56,202 nucleotides of DNA from Parcubacteria group bacterium (GCA_012798235.1 JAAZNP010000022.1:1-56202); one strand, 5' to 3'; shown: positions 6,242-15,033, counted from the first letter of the stretch. Made by a program: numbers and translations. Notes: generated by a model not told the origin, from the letters alone.

Positions 6242-7090
6242 TTATTTATTTAATTGTTTAGGTGGATGTTTAATGGTTAATAATTCCACGAGATAATATT
6301 CATAACTTATGGTATGGACATCAAAATCAATCGGCTTAATTTCATAATCAATTATCCCTTCTTCTTTTAGCTCTTGTAATATTTCATCCCAAAGAGAACG
6401 AGCTTGCTTTATATTTTTAATGTCAGTAAGGGTATATTCTTGCCTGTTTTCGTTTTCGTACTTTAAATTATCCGGCTCAAAAACATCAGCATAATTCCTG
6501 ATGGGGAAAATTTTAATTTCGCCATTAGGAGATAATTTTTTTAAGGCTAATCTTATTGCCTCTTTCGCTTCTTCTTTTTTGCCATCTAAAACCGTATGCT
6601 CAATAGAAGAACTAAAAAGAATTAAATCAAAAGATTCGTTAAAAGGAATTTCTTTGGTAAAATCTCCTTGTTTAATATGGGAGTGCAATTTTTCAGATAA
6701 ATCCCGAATATTAATTTGGTCATCTAAGCCATAAACCTCGTTATTGCGAGATAAAATGTCATCAATAAAAAAACCAGGGCCGCAGCCTAAATCTAAAATC
6801 TTTTTTATTTTCACTTCTTCTTTGTTTAAATCACCTTGGGTATAATATTTTTGGATAATTAACTCAGCGTCAGTAGTATCAAGATCATCAAACATTTGTC
6901 GTTTGCGTTCAGCTATTTTTTCTAAATATAAAAATAATTTTGATTCATAACTAGAATCTCTTTTCTCGGGTGGTAAATAAGTTTGAGTAAAAAGCCATTC
7001 TAAATTATTTTCCCGATAACGCCTTTCGTTTTCTGGGTTATTATATCGCCATTTAGGAGGTTGCTCAATATTTTTTTCAAAATTTTCCAT
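6242..7090 (-). CDS. class I SAM-dependent methyltransferase with ~95-aa N-terminal extension
   Basis: Motif I ILDLGCGPGFF, then an acidic post-I residue (VYGLDDQ). Substrate unknown. No DNA-methyltransferase catalytic motif (DPPY/PCQ) seen. Confidence 0.7.
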   Translation of the reverse strand: MENFEKNIEQPPKWRYNNPENERRYRENNLEWLFTQTYLPPEKRDSSYESKLFLYLEKIAERKRQMFDDLDTTDAELIIQKYYTQGDLNKEEVKIKKILDLGCGPGFFIDDILSRNNEVYGLDDQINIRDLSEKLHSHIKQGDFTKEIPFNESFDLILFSSSIEHTVLDGKKEEAKEAIRLALKKLSPNGEIKIFPIRNYADVFEPDNLKYENENRQEYTLTDIKNIKQARSLWDEILQELKEEGIIDYEIKPIDFDVHTISYEYYLVELLTIKHPPKQLNK

Positions 7091-7163
7091 AAAGTATTTT
7101 TATCAATATAGTATTATACAATAAAATTTGCGATAAAAAAAGACCTGGGTTATACTGAAATTT

Positions 7164-8246
7164 ATGCAAACAAACACCAAAAAAGTGGTAGTGGGAATGT
7201 CAGGTGGAATAGATTCGTCCGTGGCTTTAATTTTACTGAAAAAACAAGGTTGGGAGCCCATTGGCGTGACTTTAAAATTGCCAGCGTGGCAAAATAAAAA
7301 TAATACTTGCCGAGATAATGTTTGCTGCACTCCAGAATCAATAAAAATTGCCAGAGAAATCTGTCGAAAACTTAATATCCCCTATTTTGTAATTGATGCT
7401 CAAAAAGAATTTCAAAAAGCAGTAGTGAATTATTTTGTCAAAGAATTAAAAAAATATCATACGCCTAATCCTTGCGTCATTTGTAACCGTAATTTAAAAT
7501 TCAAATTACTTTTAGATGCCGCTAAGAAATTTCGTGCCCCCTCTGTAGCTACTGGCCATTATGCCCGAATATATTTAAATAAAAAAACTGGACTTTATGA
7601 ATTATTAAAAGGAAAAGATAAAATTAAAGACCAAAGTTATTCTTTGAGTGATTTAAGCCAAAAAGAGTTAAAACATTTGATTTTGCCTTTAGGCAATTAC
7701 CAAAAACAAGAAGTTTATCAATTGGCTAAAAAATACGGTTGCAAATATTTTACTAAGAAAAAAGAAAGCCAGAATTTCTGCTTTGTTTCTAATAAGGCCT
7801 TGCCAGAATTTATTAAACAAAAATTAGGCATTAACAAGGGCTTGATAAAAGATTTAAAAGGCAATGTTTTAGGCGAACATCAGGGTCTATACTTTTATAC
7901 CATTGGCCAGAGAAAAGGTTTAAAATTAAGCGGCGGACCCTATTATGTCACCGGGTTTGAAATCAAAAACAATGTTCTTTTGGTTTCTAAAAATAAAAAA
8001 GACCTCTTGGAAAAAGAAATCTTTTTAGCCCCTTATCATTTTATTAGCGGCAAAATTCCCCAGAAAAAAATAAAAGTTCAAGCACGTATTCGTTATCGCC
8101 AACCTTTATCGGCGGCTATTTTATATCCGCCGCGAAACAAGAAAATCAAAATTGTGTTTGCCAAACCGCCAATGGCAGTTACACCAGGACAATTCTGTGT
8201 TTTTTACTCTAGAAATACTTGTTTGGGCAACGGAATAATTATTTAA
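7164..8246 (+). CDS. mnmA: tRNA-specific 2-thiouridylase MnmA
   Basis: PP-loop VVGMSGGIDSSVA, NPCVICN, ATGHYAR, and the C-terminal beta-barrel region. Confidence 0.9.
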   Translation: MQTNTKKVVVGMSGGIDSSVALILLKKQGWEPIGVTLKLPAWQNKNNTCRDNVCCTPESIKIAREICRKLNIPYFVIDAQKEFQKAVVNYFVKELKKYHTPNPCVICNRNLKFKLLLDAAKKFRAPSVATGHYARIYLNKKTGLYELLKGKDKIKDQSYSLSDLSQKELKHLILPLGNYQKQEVYQLAKKYGCKYFTKKKESQNFCFVSNKALPEFIKQKLGINKGLIKDLKGNVLGEHQGLYFYTIGQRKGLKLSGGPYYVTGFEIKNNVLLVSKNKKDLLEKEIFLAPYHFISGKIPQKKIKVQARIRYRQPLSAAILYPPRNKKIKIVFAKPPMAVTPGQFCVFYSRNTCLGNGIII

Positions 8247-8258
8247 AATATTCCTTTA

Positions 8259-9095
8259 CTAAAAATATTTCTTTTGAAGGTAATCTTGAAAATCCTGCAT
8301 TAAAATTTTGGTATTTTTTCCTACTTGGCCGTTTTTTATCTTTGTCCGATCAATTTGAGTAACAGGTAAAATTTCTCTGGTGGTTGAAGTAATAAAAACC
8401 TCATCGGCTTTTTTTAATTCAGACAAGGTAACATTACGAATAATGGTTTTAAATCTTTTCTGGGCTAAAGTTAAAACAGTTTTTCTGGTGACGCCAGGCA
8501 AAACCGCATGATTGGGCGTGATTAAAACATTCTTTTTAAAGAGAAAAATATTACTGGTGGAGCATTCATAAACTAAATTATTATAAACATATAATAATTC
8601 AGCTGCTTTTTGTTGTTTCAATAAATAATGATAACGAATGGCTTCAACGTAATTGGATAATTTTAATTGAGGATTTTGTCTTTGGTAATTGATACTAATT
8701 AATTTAACACCAGTTTGATACCATTTTTGGGGATAGAGATGCAAAGGACCAACATAAATAAAAAAAGTGGGTTTGGGTCCGATGGCTAAATCTTCTTTTC
8801 CCATGCCTCCACTTAAAATAACTTTAATCTTAGCTTCTTTTAACTGATTTTTTTTCATTAAACGGTAAATAACCTGTTCCATCATTGAACTTCGTAAAGG
8901 AATTTTTAATTTTAAAATCTTAGCGCCGGAAGCGAGACGCCTATAGTGGTCTTTAAAATTAAAAACTTGGCCATTATAAGTGCGCATGACCTCTAACAAG
9001 GCATAACCACGGGAAAAACCAATATCCAAGGGGTTGACCCCCACTTGAGTAAAGGGCAAATATTTGCCGTTTAAATAGCACAACAATTTTTTCAT
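8259..9095 (-). CDS. PLP fold-type IV aminotransferase (branched-chain / D-amino-acid aminotransferase or ADC-lyase family)
   Basis: The length and ECSTSNIFLFKKNVLITPNHAVLPGVTRKTV are typical of class IV aminotransferases. Subfamily not resolvable by eye. Confidence 0.7.
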   Translation of the reverse strand: MKKLLCYLNGKYLPFTQVGVNPLDIGFSRGYALLEVMRTYNGQVFNFKDHYRRLASGAKILKLKIPLRSSMMEQVIYRLMKKNQLKEAKIKVILSGGMGKEDLAIGPKPTFFIYVGPLHLYPQKWYQTGVKLISINYQRQNPQLKLSNYVEAIRYHYLLKQQKAAELLYVYNNLVYECSTSNIFLFKKNVLITPNHAVLPGVTRKTVLTLAQKRFKTIIRNVTLSELKKADEVFITSTTREILPVTQIDRTKIKNGQVGKNTKILMQDFQDYLQKKYF

Positions 9096-9096
9096 A

Positions 9097-10017
9097 TTAA
9101 TTAAGGATTTCTTTTATAACCTCCGGCTTAGTATACAACTGATCCGCATATTTATCAAATAATAACTGTTCCTCCATTATCTTATGTAAAAATTTTAAAG
9201 AATATTTAGCAAAAACCTTATCCAAAATTTCTAATTTTTCTGCGTCTTTGGTTTTCATTTCTTCAGAAGGGTAAAGATGGTGAGTTTCAGGACTTTTTCT
9301 TTTTAAAAGATTAGTTAATTGCGAGTATTGATTATTAAAAAATGGGCCTTTTAATAATTTATCTGCCCGAGCAGTCGTTTTATCAATAGCTTCAGAAGAA
9401 ATATCAATACCCAAGCCGTAATGAGAACGATCAAATCTAATAGAAATATCTTTTTGAGAAGATTTAATATTGATAGTAGCCTCTTCGTAAGGTGATTGAT
9501 GATAAAATGGTTTGATTTTCAAACAAATAAAATTTTCGTTATCAGCGTCTTTATTATCTTGAAAATATAATTCAAAGTAATCGGGATATAATTTAGGTTT
9601 ATTTTTTTCATTATTGATAGCAGTTAATTTGCCGTTGACTAATTTTTCTAAAACCTGGGCTAAAAAAGTAATATCAGCGTCGGCGTTCGCGATATCTTCT
9701 GGTAAAACTTCAGAACTTAAAGAACTTAATTTATTTTTCATTAAAATTAAATTAAAGGACTCTTTTAGCGCTGGAAAAATCGATTCGCTAAAATGTTTTA
9801 CCTCAGTGGATTTTATCTCTTCTTTCAATGAATCTTGGGTCATTGCATCTACGTCTTCAAAAAAAGATTGCGTCTGGTCTAAAAGAGACTCAATACTTTC
9901 AAATTCCTTGCGCTCAAAAACAAAATCTTTATTTTCCTCAGCAAATTGATAAAACAGTTCCAAATCTTGGTTTGGGGATTTTTGTTCCGAGGATTCTAAT
10001 TCAGTAATTTTTTCCAT
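9097..10017 (-). CDS. hypothetical acidic protein
   Basis: ORF track. Tightly packed between the cdaA fusion (2-nt gap) and the aminotransferase (1-nt gap). No family recognised. Confidence 0.6.
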   Translation of the reverse strand: MEKITELESSEQKSPNQDLELFYQFAEENKDFVFERKEFESIESLLDQTQSFFEDVDAMTQDSLKEEIKSTEVKHFSESIFPALKESFNLILMKNKLSSLSSEVLPEDIANADADITFLAQVLEKLVNGKLTAINNEKNKPKLYPDYFELYFQDNKDADNENFICLKIKPFYHQSPYEEATINIKSSQKDISIRFDRSHYGLGIDISSEAIDKTTARADKLLKGPFFNNQYSQLTNLLKRKSPETHHLYPSEEMKTKDAEKLEILDKVFAKYSLKFLHKIMEEQLLFDKYADQLYTKPEVIKEILN

Positions 10018-10019
10018 TT

Positions 10020-11270
10020 TTATTTAGTAGTAGTTGTTCCCACGTTTAGAGAACTATTAGCCTGAGGAGAAATCTTAAATTGAATTTTAGCGGGTTCTAA
10101 ACTCACTAAAGACAAAGAGGAAGGATATTTAAGGTTGTTTTTATTGAGAGACACGGCATATTTGCCAATTTTATTCATTTCAGTAAGATCAATAGTAACC
10201 TTTAATTGTCCTGGGTCAAGTAATTTAAAATCTTGGCTGCGGCCAGAAAAAGTCGCAATTACTTCCAAAGGCTTTACTTCTTCTACCGCCATATCGCTTT
10301 TTATATTAGTAAATTCGATCGGCGCAATAAAATTCTTTTGAATAATGCCTAAATTGGGATAACTAATAATTGCCCAGATAGTAGCAGAAATAATCAAAGC
10401 TAAAATAATAAAAATAATATTCGCTTTAAAGCTTCGCAAAAAAGCAACAATCGAAGGGGAAGTTTTTTCGCGAAATAAATTATGTAAAAATTGTCTTAAA
10501 ATATTAATTAATTCTTCTTTATCTTTAATAGTTTTTAGATTTCCATCGTGAGCTAAAGACACGATCCCCTTCTCTTCAGAAACTACTAAAACTAAAGCAT
10601 CAGTTCTCTCAGCTAATCCTAAAGCAGCGCGATGGCGAGTACCGTAATTTTTTAATTGAGTATTCTCTTTGGACAAAGGCAAATAAACAGCAAACTTTTC
10701 TACTTTATTATTTTCCAAAATAACAGCGCCATCATGACCCGGAGAATGAGGATCAAATAAAGATAAAATTAAAGGATTAGAAAATTCAGCATCAGCATGA
10801 AATCCGCCAGTAATATAAGGCTTGATTGATTCGCGACCCGGAATAACAATCAAGGCGCCGGTGTGACGTTCGGCCATCATAAAAAGCGTCTCCACTAATT
10901 CATCGATAGTTTGGGGTGATAAAGGCGCCATTTGTTTTTTAAAGCCAACTGAACCAATTAAATAGAAAAAGCGTTTAATCTCATCCTGGAAAATGACAAC
11001 TAAAATAACAATAAAAGCGCCAATTAAAGTTTGGAGAATTTTGTAAGTCAAAGAAAGGTTAAGCCAGTAAGAAACACTATAAATGAGTAATAAAATGAAT
11101 ACACCGAGAATAGCAGGTAGCGAGCGTGTTCTTTTTAAGAACCACAAAACAATATAAATCAAAAAAGCAGTAAATAAAATATCAAAAATATCAGTCAATT
11201 GAAGGTTGCTGATTAATAACTTAAGAGTGGCGGGATTAAAATGAAATAAAGACACTAAACTGGCACCCAT
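10020..11270 (-). CDS. cdaA: diadenylate cyclase CdaA fused to a YbbR/CdaR-like domain
   Basis: Three N-terminal TM helices. DAC domain motifs HDGAVIL and GTRHRAALGLAERTDALVLVVSEE. Then an extra TM (IIFIILALIISATIWAIISY) and a YbbR-like repeat (LKVTIDLTEMNKIGKYAVSL...LVSLEPAKIQFKI). Confidence 0.8.
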   Translation of the reverse strand: MGASLVSLFHFNPATLKLLISNLQLTDIFDILFTAFLIYIVLWFLKRTRSLPAILGVFILLLIYSVSYWLNLSLTYKILQTLIGAFIVILVVIFQDEIKRFFYLIGSVGFKKQMAPLSPQTIDELVETLFMMAERHTGALIVIPGRESIKPYITGGFHADAEFSNPLILSLFDPHSPGHDGAVILENNKVEKFAVYLPLSKENTQLKNYGTRHRAALGLAERTDALVLVVSEEKGIVSLAHDGNLKTIKDKEELINILRQFLHNLFREKTSPSIVAFLRSFKANIIFIILALIISATIWAIISYPNLGIIQKNFIAPIEFTNIKSDMAVEEVKPLEVIATFSGRSQDFKLLDPGQLKVTIDLTEMNKIGKYAVSLNKNNLKYPSSLSLVSLEPAKIQFKISPQANSSLNVGTTTTK

Positions 11271-11314
11271 GTATTTACAAATTGAACTTCAGATTAATTA
11301 TCGTATTTTTTTGT

Positions 11315-11635
11315 TTATTTGACAATAGCCCCAGGCTCAATATCTTGATCAGGTATTAATAAAGAAATAGTCTCGTCGTTAGAGGCAGCTAAAAGCATTC
11401 CTTGGCTTTCTTCGCCCATTAAATGCCGCGGTTCCAAGTTAGAAACGACAATGATTTTTTTATTAATTAATTCTTCAGGGGCATAGAACTTACCAATCCC
11501 CGCAATAATTTGGCGCGTTTCGCCACCTAAATCAATTTGTAATTTAATTAATTTATCTGAATTTTCCATTCTTACGGCGGTTAAAATTTGAGCCACCCGT
11601 AAATCTAATTTTTTAAAATCATCGTAAGTAATCAT
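11315..11635 (-). CDS. stand-alone tRNA-binding (OB-fold, Trbp111/CsaA-like) protein
   Basis: DFKKLDLRVAQILTA...KLIKLQIDLGGETRQIIAGI...LEPRHLMGEESQGMLLAA matches the MetRS C-terminal/EMAPII-type tRNA-binding domain. Confidence 0.8.
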   Translation of the reverse strand: MITYDDFKKLDLRVAQILTAVRMENSDKLIKLQIDLGGETRQIIAGIGKFYAPEELINKKIIVVSNLEPRHLMGEESQGMLLAASNDETISLLIPDQDIEPGAIVK

Positions 11636-11640
11636 AAAAT

Positions 11641-12360
11641 TTATTTTTGAGCAATAATTATTAAATTGTTGTAATAACGACCATGGGGAACTCTTTTAGC
11701 TACTTTAATAAGAAAATTATTTTGCAAAATAAGACTTTTTAATTCTTTTAAGGAAAAAATATGAAAATAGCGTTGTGTTTGAATTAATCCAGCAGCATTT
11801 TTCCAAGGCACTAAAACATCTCCCCTATCCCAATCTTGGCCTTTGTGGAAAAGAAAAGATTTTAACCAAAAAAAATAACTTTTTAAAAGATATTTTTTAT
11901 TGCTCCCGTGGTAAAAATCCCAAACGCTAATAATTAAGATGCCGTGAGGTTGAAGTAATTGATAGAATTCTTGCAGTATTTGTTGGCGTAATATCTTTGA
12001 AGGAATATGATGAAAAGCAGCCAAGCAAACAATTAAATCAAAATAATTATTAGGAAATGGTAATTTTAAATCAGGGGCAAGTAAAGTAAAATTTCCTTGA
12101 GGAACATTTTTCTGAGCGATTGCTAATAAATTAGCAGAGATATCCACGCCATAGTAATGAATATTTTTTTCTTGAATGATTTTGCCAAAACGACCATTGC
12201 CACAACCAAAATCCAAAACTTTAAAATTATCCTTTAAATAAGGTAAAAATTCTTGAAATTCGGTCCAAAGATTTTGGCGTGTTTGACTAAAATGAGCAGC
12301 TATCTTATCATAAGACAAAGCGGTTTGAGTAATAATTTCTTGCGCTCTTTCTAAGGTCAT
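11641..12360 (-). CDS. Trm9/ALKBH8-like SAM-dependent methyltransferase
   Basis: Start trimmed to MTLERAQEII, because the track start at 12477 overlaps elp3. HFSQTRQNLWTEFQEFL, VLDFGCGNGRF, AAFHHIPS..RQQILQEFYQLLQPHGILIISVW, GDVLVPW and RYFHIFSLKELKSL mirror Trm9 hallmarks (HFS.TR..W, DVLVPW, RYYH.F). Confidence 0.65.
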   Translation of the reverse strand: MTLERAQEIITQTALSYDKIAAHFSQTRQNLWTEFQEFLPYLKDNFKVLDFGCGNGRFGKIIQEKNIHYYGVDISANLLAIAQKNVPQGNFTLLAPDLKLPFPNNYFDLIVCLAAFHHIPSKILRQQILQEFYQLLQPHGILIISVWDFYHGSNKKYLLKSYFFWLKSFLFHKGQDWDRGDVLVPWKNAAGLIQTQRYFHIFSLKELKSLILQNNFLIKVAKRVPHGRYYNNLIIIAQK

Positions 12361-12400
12361 AATATTTTTGTATTTTATATCATACAATAAGTAAAATATA

Positions 12401-13981
12401 ATGGCAACAGATAAAATTTTAAAACAAGCTAGTACAGCTATTATCAAAGAAATAGCCAACTTAAAACCCGATTCCAAAGAGCAACTTTTGGATATTGAAA
12501 GAAAAGTTTTGCAAACATACCATCTTTCTTTTATTCCTTTTTATTATTTATTACAAGTCTATCAAAAATTAGTTAAAAAACAACAAATTAGATCCTCGCC
12601 AAAATTAGAAGAATTATTAAAAAAAGTTAGTATTCGCTCGGCTTCCGGCATCACTGCCGTAACTCTTATTACCAAACCCTATCCTTGCCCAGGTAATTGT
12701 TTATATTGTCCTAATATTCCTAGTATGCCCAAAAGCTATTTGCCTGACGAACCAGCCTGTATGCGCGCTTTGGCGACAAAATTTGACCCTTTTGACCAAA
12801 TGGCCAGTCGAATCAAAATGCTTCAATTAAATGGGCATAATACTGATAAAATTGAATTAATTATTTTAGGGGGCACTTGGTCTTTTTATCCCAAAAACTA
12901 TCAAACTTATTTTATAAAACGAGCTTTTGATGCTGCCAATGGTATTACTAGCAAATCATTAAAAGAAGCTCAGCATCTCAATGAAAGATCATTAAACCGC
13001 ATTATTGGTCTCACTATCGAAACCAGGCCTGATTATATCAATCCCAAAGAGATTGGACGATTAAGGCAATTAGGAGTAACCCGAGTCGAGCTAGGAATCC
13101 AGGCTATTGATGACCAAATCTTAAAAATTAATAATCGAGGCAATACCGTAGCCGACATTATTCAAGCAACAAAATTATTAAAAAATAGTGGCTTTAAAAT
13201 TACTTATCACATGATGTTAAATCTACCTGGTTCTACTATAAAAAAAGACGAAGCCATGTTTGAAGAACTATTTTCTAACGCAAATTTTCAACCGGATCAA
13301 TTAAAAATCTATCCCTGTGTTGTTTTAAAAGAAGCACCGCTCTATCAAAAATATCTAACTGGTGAATATCAACCCTATTCTGATAAAGAGCTAATTAATT
13401 TATTAATTAGAATTAAAACTAAAATTCCACCCTACGTGAGAATTGTTAGAGTTATTCGTGATATTCCTGCTTTTGATATCGTTGCGGGAAATAAAACTTC
13501 TAATTTAAGACAGTTATTGTTAGAAAAAATGGCTCAACAAAATAAACATTGTCGTTGTTTGCGCTGTCGTGAACCTCATGATACTCCTATTGATTTCACA
13601 AAAATAAAATTAATCAGACGTGATTATGAAGCCTCGGAAGGTAAAGAAATTTTTCTTTCTTACGAAGATACCAAGAATGATAAGGTCTTATCTTTCTTAA
13701 GATTAAGAATAACTGCTCAATGGAGCATTAAAGAATTGACAGGAAGCGTGTTAGTCAGAGAACTTCATAGTTATGGCATTTTAGCACCACTTAACAAGAA
13801 TCAAAAAACTAATGTCCAACATCGCGGTTTAGGAAAAAAATTAATGATATTTGCTGAAAAAATAGTTAAAAAAGAAACTCCTTATAAAAAAATCGCCGTG
13901 ATTAGCGGCATTGGGGTAAGAGATTATTATCGTAAATTGGGCTATCGTCTCAACGGTACTTATCTGGTGAAAAAATTATAA
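12401..13981 (+). CDS. elp3: Elp3-family radical-SAM / GNAT acetyltransferase (tRNA U34 cm5 modification enzyme homologue)
   Basis: CPGNCLYCPN radical-SAM cluster motif, the length, and a C-terminal GNAT with QHRGLGKKLM (Q/RxxGxG). The architecture is typical of Elp3. Confidence 0.8.
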   Translation: MATDKILKQASTAIIKEIANLKPDSKEQLLDIERKVLQTYHLSFIPFYYLLQVYQKLVKKQQIRSSPKLEELLKKVSIRSASGITAVTLITKPYPCPGNCLYCPNIPSMPKSYLPDEPACMRALATKFDPFDQMASRIKMLQLNGHNTDKIELIILGGTWSFYPKNYQTYFIKRAFDAANGITSKSLKEAQHLNERSLNRIIGLTIETRPDYINPKEIGRLRQLGVTRVELGIQAIDDQILKINNRGNTVADIIQATKLLKNSGFKITYHMMLNLPGSTIKKDEAMFEELFSNANFQPDQLKIYPCVVLKEAPLYQKYLTGEYQPYSDKELINLLIRIKTKIPPYVRIVRVIRDIPAFDIVAGNKTSNLRQLLLEKMAQQNKHCRCLRCREPHDTPIDFTKIKLIRRDYEASEGKEIFLSYEDTKNDKVLSFLRLRITAQWSIKELTGSVLVRELHSYGILAPLNKNQKTNVQHRGLGKKLMIFAEKIVKKETPYKKIAVISGIGVRDYYRKLGYRLNGTYLVKKL

Positions 13982-14380
13982 AGAAATTATTTGAACAACT
14001 ATTTCCCGTTGACGCGGCTTATCATCAACATCAATTAAAAAAATATTCTGCCAAGAGCCTAATTCTAGGTCACCATTAGTTAAAGGAATTACTAAATCTT
14101 GTTTCAAAAAAGCAGCTTTGATATGAGCGGCGCCATTATGGTCATAACCATTATGATGGTGCTGATAGTTTTTATCGCTAGGCGCAATTTGTTCTAAAAC
14201 TTCTTTTAAATCTTCTAAATGACCCTTTTCATCTTCAATTAAAGCTAATCCAGCAGTAGTGCCTTTTACAAATAAAAAAACTAAACCATTCAAAATGTTT
14301 TTTCTTTTAATTGCCTGCTTAACCAAATCAGTAATATTAATAAAATCAGAAAATCCTTGGGTATTAATTACTAAATTCAT
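13976..14380 (-). CDS. YjbQ/UPF0047 family protein
   Basis: Start trimmed to MNLVINTQGF, because the track extension overlaps tRNA-Pro. GLVFLFVKGTTAGLALIEDE ... HHHNGYDHNGAAHIKAAF ... LELGSWQNIFLIDVD is typical of the family. Confidence 0.75.
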   Translation of the reverse strand: MNLVINTQGFSDFINITDLVKQAIKRKNILNGLVFLFVKGTTAGLALIEDEKGHLEDLKEVLEQIAPSDKNYQHHHNGYDHNGAAHIKAAFLKQDLVIPLTNGDLELGSWQNIFLIDVDDKPRQREIVVQIISL

Positions 14381-14392
14381 AAAAATAGAGTG

Positions 14393-14464
14393 TCGGGCCG
14401 GTGGGACTTGAACCCACGACCTCACCCACCCCAAAGGTGCGCGCTACCACTGCGCCACGGCCCG
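14393..14464 (-). tRNA. tRNA-Pro (anticodon GGG)
   Basis: Hand-folded cloverleaf: acceptor CGGGCCG/CGGCCCG, D arm GCGC-AGTGGTA-GCGC, anticodon arm CACCT-TTGGGGT-GGGTG (G37), T arm GTGGG-TTCAAGT-CCCAC, discriminator A. No encoded CCA. Confidence 0.9.
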
Positions 14465-14467
14465 TTA

Positions 14468-14656
14468 TTACTTTTCTATTTTAATCGCTTGGGCGGGGCA
14501 AAGAGAAATTGCTTGATTGATACAATCTTTATTTTTCTCAATGGGAGCATTTTTTTTAACACTAGACTTCCCATTTTTAAATTCAAAAACTTCGGGACAC
14601 ATATTAACGCACATTCCACAGCCCAAACATTTATTTTTATTAACTTCTACCTTCAT
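14468..14656 (-). CDS. small single-cluster ferredoxin
   Basis: CLGCGMCVNMCP ... SLCP cysteine pattern, 62 aa. Confidence 0.8.
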   Translation of the reverse strand: MKVEVNKNKCLGCGMCVNMCPEVFEFKNGKSSVKKNAPIEKNKDCINQAISLCPAQAIKIEK

Positions 14657-14844
14657 TATTTATTGCGACTTAATTTTTTAAGGCAAGAAGTACAAACTTT
14701 GATTCTTTTGCCATTAGCTAAGCGGTACCATTGTAAATTAGCCTTCTGGCGGTGACGGCTTGTGGGATTATAAGCAGAACGCGTTTTAACGCGAGTAGTT
14801 GCGGTATTATACTGTTTGCCACAGATAGCACAGACTTTAGCCAT
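14656..14844 (-). CDS. rpmB: 50S ribosomal protein L28
   Basis: Start trimmed to MAKVCAICGKQ. Basic, about 62 aa. ...ANLQ... matches the conserved PNLQ region. Confidence 0.7.
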   Translation of the reverse strand: MAKVCAICGKQYNTATTRVKTRSAYNPTSRHRQKANLQWYRLANGKRIKVCTSCLKKLSRNK

Positions 14845-14874
14845 AATTTTTCTAGTTATCTTTAAGAACAAAGA

Positions 14875-14998
14875 GGGCCACCAGAAGATCGAATTCAGCT
14901 TGAAACCAAGTGGGTATCCTCGCCTTTACCCCAAGGGATAAAGGATTTGGATTCCCTTAAGTATCAACTTGACCTGAATCGTTTTCTCCTAGTGACCC
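14875..14998 (-). ncRNA. structured ~124-nt RNA (rod-like closing helix plus branched tip) between ndk and rpmB; either an rpmB leader or an independent ncRNA
   Basis: A 14-bp helix GGGUCACUAGGAGA(14998..14985)/UCUUCUGGUGGCCC(14888..14875) has three G.U pairs that exist only in the minus-strand RNA. An 8-bp helix CGAUUCAG/CUGAAUUCG follows. Two tip hairpins are AAGGGA..UCCCUU and GGGUA..UACCC. A U-rich tract CUCUUUGUUCUU follows the closing helix. Confidence 0.4.
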
Positions 14999-15004
14999 AG
15001 AAGT

Positions 15005-15033
15005 ATTATAACAATAAAATACGATTTTTACAA
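15005..15033 (-). promoter_or_regulatory. promoter TTGTAA-17-(TGt)TATAAT for the structured RNA/rpmB
   Basis: Minus strand: tTTGTAAaaatcgtattttatTGtTATAATacttctGGGTCAC. The predicted start coincides with the first G of the closing helix. Confidence 0.5.

Noticed and set aside
7103-7330. Track ORF 7103..7330 (-), 75 aa
   Set aside because: It overlaps the 5' end of mnmA (PP-loop region) on the opposite strand and the mnmA promoter region, and has no motif support.
14390-14755. Track ORF 14390..14755 (+), 121 aa
   Set aside because: It starts inside tRNA-Pro and runs antisense through the ferredoxin and rpmB genes, so it is spurious.
14875-14998. Identifying the structured RNA upstream of rpmB as SRP (4.5S) RNA or a known riboswitch
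   Set aside because: It shares only UCAGGUC with the SRP domain IV consensus and lacks the GGAA tetraloop and AGCAGC motifs. It also lacks the diagnostic conserved cores of the TPP, ZTP, purine, FMN, glycine and c-di-GMP classes as I remember them. It is left unnamed.
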